NCBI GenBank assembly: GCA_051362555.1
Contig: CM120642.1
Coordinates: forward strand, 12,524,001 to 12,588,000
DNA: 64,000 bases
Direction: 5' to 3'
Source: Lingula anatina
Taxonomy: Eukaryota; Animalia; Brachiopoda
In this document: positions 48,736 to 64,000 of the stretch, in pieces
Numbering within the stretch: the stretch's first letter is position 1
Layout: every line of letters begins with the position of its first letter
Program-made: the position numbers and the translations under genes
The notes under the pieces: model-generated
Databases searched by the model: none
Seen by the model: the letters and a program-made list of their open reading frames with translations, nothing else
What the model was told of the DNA's origin: nothing

Positions 48736-50569
48736 GGAACAGGTTAGTTCTCACTGAATGATCCTAACACGGATGCTGGGGAAATGTTGTCGGGCATGCA
48801 GAGTTCGCTACAAATTTTTCTCCAAAGGAACGCAGTCCGACACGGCTTGTGTCTGAACACTCACGGGCGGCTGTTTTGATGTATATAACTTATATATTTA
48901 TCTATTTGTTTATTTGCTGGATTGTCATAACGCAGTACGTCTTTTTTTTTTCGATATAGTCGGCTGACAGTGACTGTTTTACGGTCGAGTCACTTGCAGC
49001 TGGAATATTAGGGCTAAGTATTGATGTCTTGACAAGCAAGAATAGAAATTTAAAAAAAAAATGGTTTTTAATTCCACGTGCTACATTTGGAAAAATTCCT
49101 TATCAAATGAAGAATTTAAATGTATAAATTGCAATCCTAAGACGGGGATATAACGGCATTTGGCTTTACGTAGACACGCTTTTGCCGAAAACTCGCTACG
49201 ACTCGTTAATAGGTCATGATGAAATACGGTACAAGAACGAACTACAGCCTGAGAGGGTCTTCCGTTTTTATTTCTTTATTCTTGTTGTTATTATTATTAT
49301 TTTAATTATTATTTACAGTGTCAGTTGATTAAGATGCGTATGCATCCATTAGTTTGTATGTTAAATGTAGATGCCATTAAAATTACGCTGTTTAAGATAA
49401 ATGCGTAGTGGGAGACCAGTGGCAGATTCTGGGTAGAGGTGGGGTAATTTAATGAGAGGGTTTCTGCATGATATTAAAATAAGGGAGAGCATCTTTTGAT
49501 AATTTTGGTTGCATAAATCGTGTTATTTCTGGCCAACAGAGATATAAATCAAAAATATTTACGAAATAAAGTTGTGTTAAGTTTTGTTTGAACTTAGATC
49601 TATGGAGACAAAACTGGTTTAGGAAATTCGCAACAAACTTCAAAATCAAAATTTCAAAGGAAATTTTATGGTTGTGTGAGTTTCCACTAGAAAAGTGGTT
49701 TAAAATAATGAAAAGACAAGTTTTACAACTGCATACCTTCGATAAAATATAATTGTTAGATCCTGTTCAGAGATCAAAATATTGTTTACAAAAGTTACCT
49801 ACCAAACCGAAGTTGAAAAGAATAGAGGCTTTCATTTTAACAGGAATTATATTATTATGTGTATTTTTATTTTTGTTTAATGACTATATATACGATTTTT
49901 TATCTTTAGTTGAGAGTATATGGGCGGTTCAATAAAGTTTGCCTTGACATACTGTGTTGTTAGTTAGTTATTTTTCATTTCAATTACAAGGTAATATGTC
50001 ATAAAATTCACGGGATAAAACGTTTTTCGCCACCATTTACATTTAATCAAGAATCCATTTCCACTTTGCAGTGGTAATATAATGTCATTTCCTATCTTTC
50101 GCGCAGAACATTGATTTTCAAATCAGTCATACATATTTTTTAATTAGTCGCTGAGCTACAATATGGAATAACAGATTTATTGTAGACATCAAACTATTGA
50201 AGCTGTCTTCAGTGGAAATCGAAAAACACTAAGCTGTCAGACAGAAATGGCATTAATTATCTGAATACCTCTCACTGGCGCCATTCTGTTGTTTTATCAT
50301 AGGGGCCTACAGGTATTAAATTCACTTGGGATGGGGTACTTCAAAAGTTCGGGAAGTTTCTGCAAATTTCGTTTAGATTACGTTAGGTCGTCAAAAGCCA
50401 CTTTTATTTTTGTGAAACCCATGAAGACCCGGATATTTAATGGCACATGGGTAATGTATGTGTAAAAACAAAAATAACAACTGACACATTGGTGTGATAA
50501 ATCGATTTTATTGTTACATCATTATGTGAAGATATCTAGAAAAAAAGTAAATTTGTACCTACATATGTA

Positions 50570-50786
50570 AGGGGTCATCCATTTTTATCATCATTTTCTC
50601 AAGTCTACAAACCCCTAAGCTGGGAGGGGGGGCTAATACCCTATGTGCGCTTTGAATAAAAAAATGACGATCCAAATTGCTGGCAAAGGCCATTGTTTGT
50701 AGCTAACCTTGTACGCTCTGAGGGAGGGGTGGAAAAGTCTACTCTTTGTAGACTTTGGAAAATGATGATAAAAATGGATGACCTCT
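50570..50786. mobile_element. MITE with ~42-bp TIRs in the probable RNF121 3'UTR
   Basis: AGGGGTCATCCATTTTTATCATCATTTTCTCAAGTCTACAAA versus TTTGTAGACTTTGGAAAATGATGATAAAAATGGATGACCTCT, with TA on both flanks. Confidence 0.8.
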
Positions 50787-51067
50787 TACCTTACAAAGAA
50801 AGCCATTCAATACCAACAACGACATATAATACTATAATACATCACGGAAGTGGACATAATCAAAATACACTGGTAGTGAGCATTGTGAAGTTACTTAATT
50901 TATTAGGAATTCATGCCTGGTTAATGCAAACTGACTTTGGCTGCCTTTCTGGTTTTTCTCTATACACAAATCATTTGCCTTTGTTCAAAATATAATTTGA
51001 AATATACGCAGAAAATATTTCTACTTTTACAAAGGGCAGTTTAAAAAGGGGGCATTTCACAAATCAT

Positions 51068-59519
<8,452 letters not shown>

Positions 59520-59527
<8 letters not shown>

Positions 59528-59620
59528 CTTGCAGCACTCAATAGGAGCCTATAATTACTGGTTGGTATTTCTTCGAAATTTTACCAGGAACTCGTCACAC
59601 ATTGGGATTGCAGGTAGATT
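59520..59620. promoter_or_regulatory. Probable compact bidirectional promoter of RNF121 and the F-box gene
   Basis: RNF121 start lies in CAAGATGGCGG (minus strand). Plus-strand donor candidate CAG|GTAGAT at ~59612; acceptor TTTCAG at ~60865. CpG-retaining region. Confidence 0.45.
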
Positions 59621-60955
59621 TCAGTCATGTTAAATGTAATGAAAAATATTATAAGCAGTCATACCGAATCCTGTGGCAAATATTAAAAAGTTTGCAAATC
59701 GCTACTGATTTGTTTGTGTTTGGTATTATCGGTGTGCAGAGTAATCCCATAAGCGTCACGTGCAGAAGCTAGAACTCGGCTGTTTTGCTGGCACTTATCG
59801 GCATGTTACAAGCCTAGCCGTCCATTAGCTGGGCCTCAAATGCAGAGAAAAGGATGTTCTGATATATTACCAAATATACAAAAATTGATGATTCAAAATA
59901 GAATACGGTAAGGACAAGATACCTAGAAAATTAGCAGACGATACCAGTAAATCTTTTGAGCTATTTTGATGATTGTGTTCAACTGCAAATTCCTTCTTTC
60001 AGCTTAAGCGCTGGTCAAAGGCCGAACACTGAGTCAAGAATTGAAGTGCACTTAGCTCGAAAAATCAAATCATGTTAATTGATTTTAATTAAGTTTTTCC
60101 ATCTATCATATATCCTCATAATTAAAGTACATGTAGTTGTGTTATGGGTCAAGATTAGAAAAGTTTTGCAATTTGATTCTATAACTTCAAACATCCAGTC
60201 AGGTATTCAAAACTTCAAATTGATAACTCTGTAGATCAACCTTTACCTGTACCCTGAAGCCCCAAATCTTAATCTGTGGGCATGTATATATATTTAAACT
60301 AATGTTGCATGCATGCTTCCCATTGTGTAGCATGCAAACTCATTAAAGAAATTAATGAGAGAATGGGTTCACTGTATACTCCTTTCAAGGTAGGCTAGGT
60401 GCATACTCCCTGATTACATAACTTGAACAAAGACTGGATTGCTTAGCAATGTGATTCTTGGATAAGGAAGCTGCTGCACCTTTCACATGGGTGTACTAGC
60501 TGGGTTTGGGGGAGGAGGTAGGAAGAAGGGGGTAAAGCATGCTAGTTACCGCTTTCCTATGTTTAATATTTTCAATCAGAGTGTGTCTCCTTTTGATGCT
60601 CCCCTGAAAACATTTTTCAACAAAACATGTTTTATTTTTAACAAGAAGGTATAGCTATTTAGAAACTTACTTCAGTTAACAAAATGCATTTTGTTTGATA
60701 TTTATATGCTTTCTCATATTTCTCAATATATTGAAGTTATAACATATTCTGATGGGAAACCACAATGCATATGATCAAGGTCCAGAAGTGGTGGACTGAA
60801 ATGTTGTGTTTGGCTGATGTTATTTAGTCTCTTGAGTAAAAGAATAATTCTGTTTTATATTTCAGATGCTTGAGAGAAATGATAAAACAAAGTGGGGCCA
60901 TATGATTTGGATCAGTTGTGGTTTTGTCACCAAAAACCAGTGACCCTGGTAAACT

Positions 60956-63937
60956 ATGGGTTTGAAAAATTTACCTCCCGAACTGGAGGAGCATATATTG
61001 GCTCACTTAGATGGCAGCACATTCTCCAGAGCCAAGACAGTCTGTAAACGGTGGCATCATCTTGTGGATAATGTCCAAAAGACCACTAATTTCTGGTTTC
61101 GAAGGTGCATGGTCGAAATCCAGCACAAAGTTTTAATAGACATTACAGGAGGTGCTGAGATTCTAGACACCATGTTAGACCAAGAAAAGAAGTCGTCCTC
61201 AGTGGAGGGATGTCCCAGACATTGGGAATACTGGAGGAAAGTTTACTGTGTCTGGTACAGGAGTAGACACATAGGGACATGGCAGCCCGTGATGGAAGAG
61301 ATGCCACATGATGGGGATGCTCTCATGTTGTACCAGGTGAACTGCCTCAGGATAGCAGGTAAGAAGACAGGAGATCATCTCCTTGTGAATCTGAGTGATG
61401 ACATGTTGTATGCCTTTTCAGAGTTTACAATTTGCACAGCTTTACAAGTCAAGGACCAGCAGTTTTCCCATGTAAATTATGTATTATTTAAGTAGTGTTT
61501 GATGAGATGCATATAGAAAAAAAAACTGAACTTTTCGAAATATGATTTAAGTTAGTGTAATATAAGTGTGACTAATGAAATACACAGTTTGTTTATACAA
61601 TTTTTCATTAAAAAACTGAATGTTTTTCAGTAGTTTTAGACCAGTTAGATCAATGGAAATATCAACATTAAAATATTTGCAATTGTTTCAGGAGATGCTG
61701 TGCTCTATGGCTGTAGTGATGGCAGTATAAGATGTTACAATCTCTTCAGTAAAAGATGTGCCTTGATGTCCAGAAATGTCAGACTTTTGAGGCCAGAGGT
61801 CAAAGACATGAAGCTTATCAACTCACCAGGTAAACTTCCCTTTGGTCTTGAGTCAATGTCTTTTATCATATGATCTAAGAATGGTTACTTTGCTGTCAGA
61901 AACCTAAAACCTGTCTTCTGACAGTCTCCACTAATTTTAACAGGCTTTGTTCTGAAAACAATGTGAATGAATATTTTATATCAGAGCTATCAGTGATTAT
62001 CATCAGATCAATGATTAATTGTCATCAGAGTTTGTTTTTATGTTTCAACAACCTGAAGATATGATGAAACTTGCAGAGCCTGCTATTCTTGGAATATGTA
62101 TGTTGTTTTGAAGTCTGTATATGAATTCAAGATTGATTAATTTTTTGGGTCTTAGCTAAGTTTTTTTTTTTTCATGAAATCTGGAAGTATGCTATGGCCC
62201 TCATTCATTCTTGTGTTATTCCAGTGCTAGGATCTGGTGAAGAGAGTGATACTGACCAGTGGTCATTTTCCAGTGACCTCTTCCATTCCCACTATCTCAT
62301 CTCAGGGGGCAGTGATGCCTTGGTCAGTCTCATTGACCTGTCTCCTAATAACTGGATGAGGGAAGAAATCCATGCCAGTTCTTACTCTTCTCCAATACAA
62401 TCTATCAGGTATAACTAATATGTGCACATTTTCAATTGAAGAAATAAAACTGGCCCAGGACTAATGTTTTTTGAAATGTTAGAATATGTGGCTTTATAGT
62501 CACATGCAATTCCTTGGGTAACATGATCATGAAATGTAGGCATTTATGTTGCGCACAAAAGGTTGTATATGTATTTATCATGATAACCTTTCTGTAAACT
62601 GATCATCACTCGAAATTTTAACTTATCAACATAAGCTGTAATTGCACCTCTGTCACATTGCTAGTTTGTGGAGAAACCAAATTGTCACTGCCTCAGAAGA
62701 TCACACCCTGAATGGCCATGCGGTGCTAGAGGTGACATCTGGTGGCAAGTTGAAAAAAGTATCCAGTTTACATGGTCACATGGAAGTGCCTATGTGTATT
62801 GTAATATGGGAAAACAAGGTACACGTGTTTCTCCTATTTTTTCATTTTTTTCAACTAGAAAAGATAGCTGTGGGTTATTTATGAACCAAACTTGTTTCCC
62901 ATGAATTTGAATAAATTCACTGTTTTGTGAAATATATTAATTTAAAATAATCAAGGAATAAATTAGTAAATTATCACCATATAATTATTTAACAGGTGCT
63001 CTCAGGGGGTTATGACCAAATGTTGCTCCGCTGGACAGTGGACAGTTCGGCTCAGGGACATAATGATGACTGCACTATGGTGTGGGAGTTTGACAGCTGG
63101 ATAGCAAAGCTCATCTACAGGGATACCCTCATTATTGTGTTAACAGGTAAAGTAATGTGCTAAAGTATTATATATGATATATTTATGCAGCTAGTTTTTC
63201 CACTTTCTACAGTTTCTATGATTAAATTATTTATTTTTTCTTTTTGTTTAAAATTTGCAGGTAAAGCATTGAAGATGATAATAAATTTCATTAGAATTAG
63301 TTTAATTTTTAGTTGAGAAATATTGAAGGTTTTGCTTATTCCTGATACTACTGCCTTTCTCCACACATTATTGATAATGTCACTTCATTCCTAGTAATTC
63401 TGTGTCACTCTTTCTGTATCATCATTGCTTTGCCATGCTAGCCAACCACCGCAACCACAAAGTACCGATAATGTCACTATTCCCAGTAATCACTGTATCA
63501 TCTCCATTCCCAGTAGTTACTGTATCATCTCCATTCTGCAATTCCAGGCAGCCACAACAACCACGAAGTACTGATAATGTCACTTGATTCCCAGTATTTC
63601 TGTATCATCTCCAATCCCAGTATTTCTGTATCAACTCTATCCTGCCATTCCAGGCAACCACGGCAACCACTAAGTACACATAATGGTGCTTGATTCTCAG
63701 TATTTCTGTCATATTTCCTTACATAACTGCCCATCTGTGAACCACACAAAAGTGCTTGAATTCCCATTAATTGTTATCATCACCATTTATTACTGTCTTT
63801 TCTAGGGGACCACATACTACACGTCAGCATTGATGATGGCGCCTGCTTTTCTAGCTGGAATGTGATGGAGTCTCTTGGCTCCACGGCTTGTGTGATGTCA
63901 CTGTGGGGAAATGTATTTGCATTAGGGACTGCTGTAG
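60956..63937 (+). CDS. F-box protein with WD40-like repeats (incomplete at window end)
   Basis: F-box LKNLPPELEEHILAHLDGSTFSRAKTVCKRWHHL. Later exons (~61692-61829, 62225-62408, 62664-62818, 62996-63146, 63807-63937) give WD-like LISGGSDALVSLID, IVTASEDHTL, LHGHMEVPMCI and VLSGGYDQMLLRW. Confidence 0.8.
63370..63800. repeat. Degenerate intronic minisatellite
   Basis: Recurring GATAATGTCACT..TTCCCAGTA..CTGTATCATCTCC and CAACCAC..AAGTAC blocks at roughly 100-bp periodicity. Confidence 0.7.
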
Positions 63938-64000
63938 GTCCGTAGTGGGCTTTGATAAGTTCTGTCTTTTTATCCTCTGCTTAAATGAATCCAAGAGTAT

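Noticed and set aside
62060-62150. Intronic C/D snoRNA candidate (ATGATGA)
   Set aside because: No suitably placed CTGA D box or terminal stem; same result for similar hits near 14069 and 24883.

Overview
AT-rich animal genomic DNA, probably a lophotrochozoan such as a mollusc (inferred from repeat families, intron style and GPCR type). Seven genes are supported: NFXL1 (-), UBE3A (+), SMARCA5/ISWI (-), a single-coding-exon brat-type TRIM-NHL gene (+), an intronless class A GPCR (+), RNF121/175 (-) and an F-box/WD40-like gene (+) that runs off the right end. There is also a possible 5' exon at the left edge. Non-coding structure includes two copies of a Helentron-type (HINE/pearl-like) element carrying a ~144-bp satellite rich in AGGTCA-n-AGGTCA (DR1) motifs. 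One copy hosts an unclassified 2.3-kb element with two-part inverted ends. There is also a 575-bp Merlin-like foldback element, a young 669-bp element with perfect 77-bp TIRs, several Harbinger-like MITEs and microsatellites. The most notable observations are two consecutive U12 (minor spliceosome) introns around the RNF121 RING exon, a Brat that retains a RING finger and probably has an ~8-kb 3'UTR, a UBE3A 'MKRAAAK' ATG split across a frame-preserving exon, interlocked poly(A) signals of UBE3A and SMARCA5, YY1-type motifs that make micro-uORFs, and five of seven genes being ubiquitin-ligase components. All calls were made by eye with no searches; exon boundaries may be off by a few bases.
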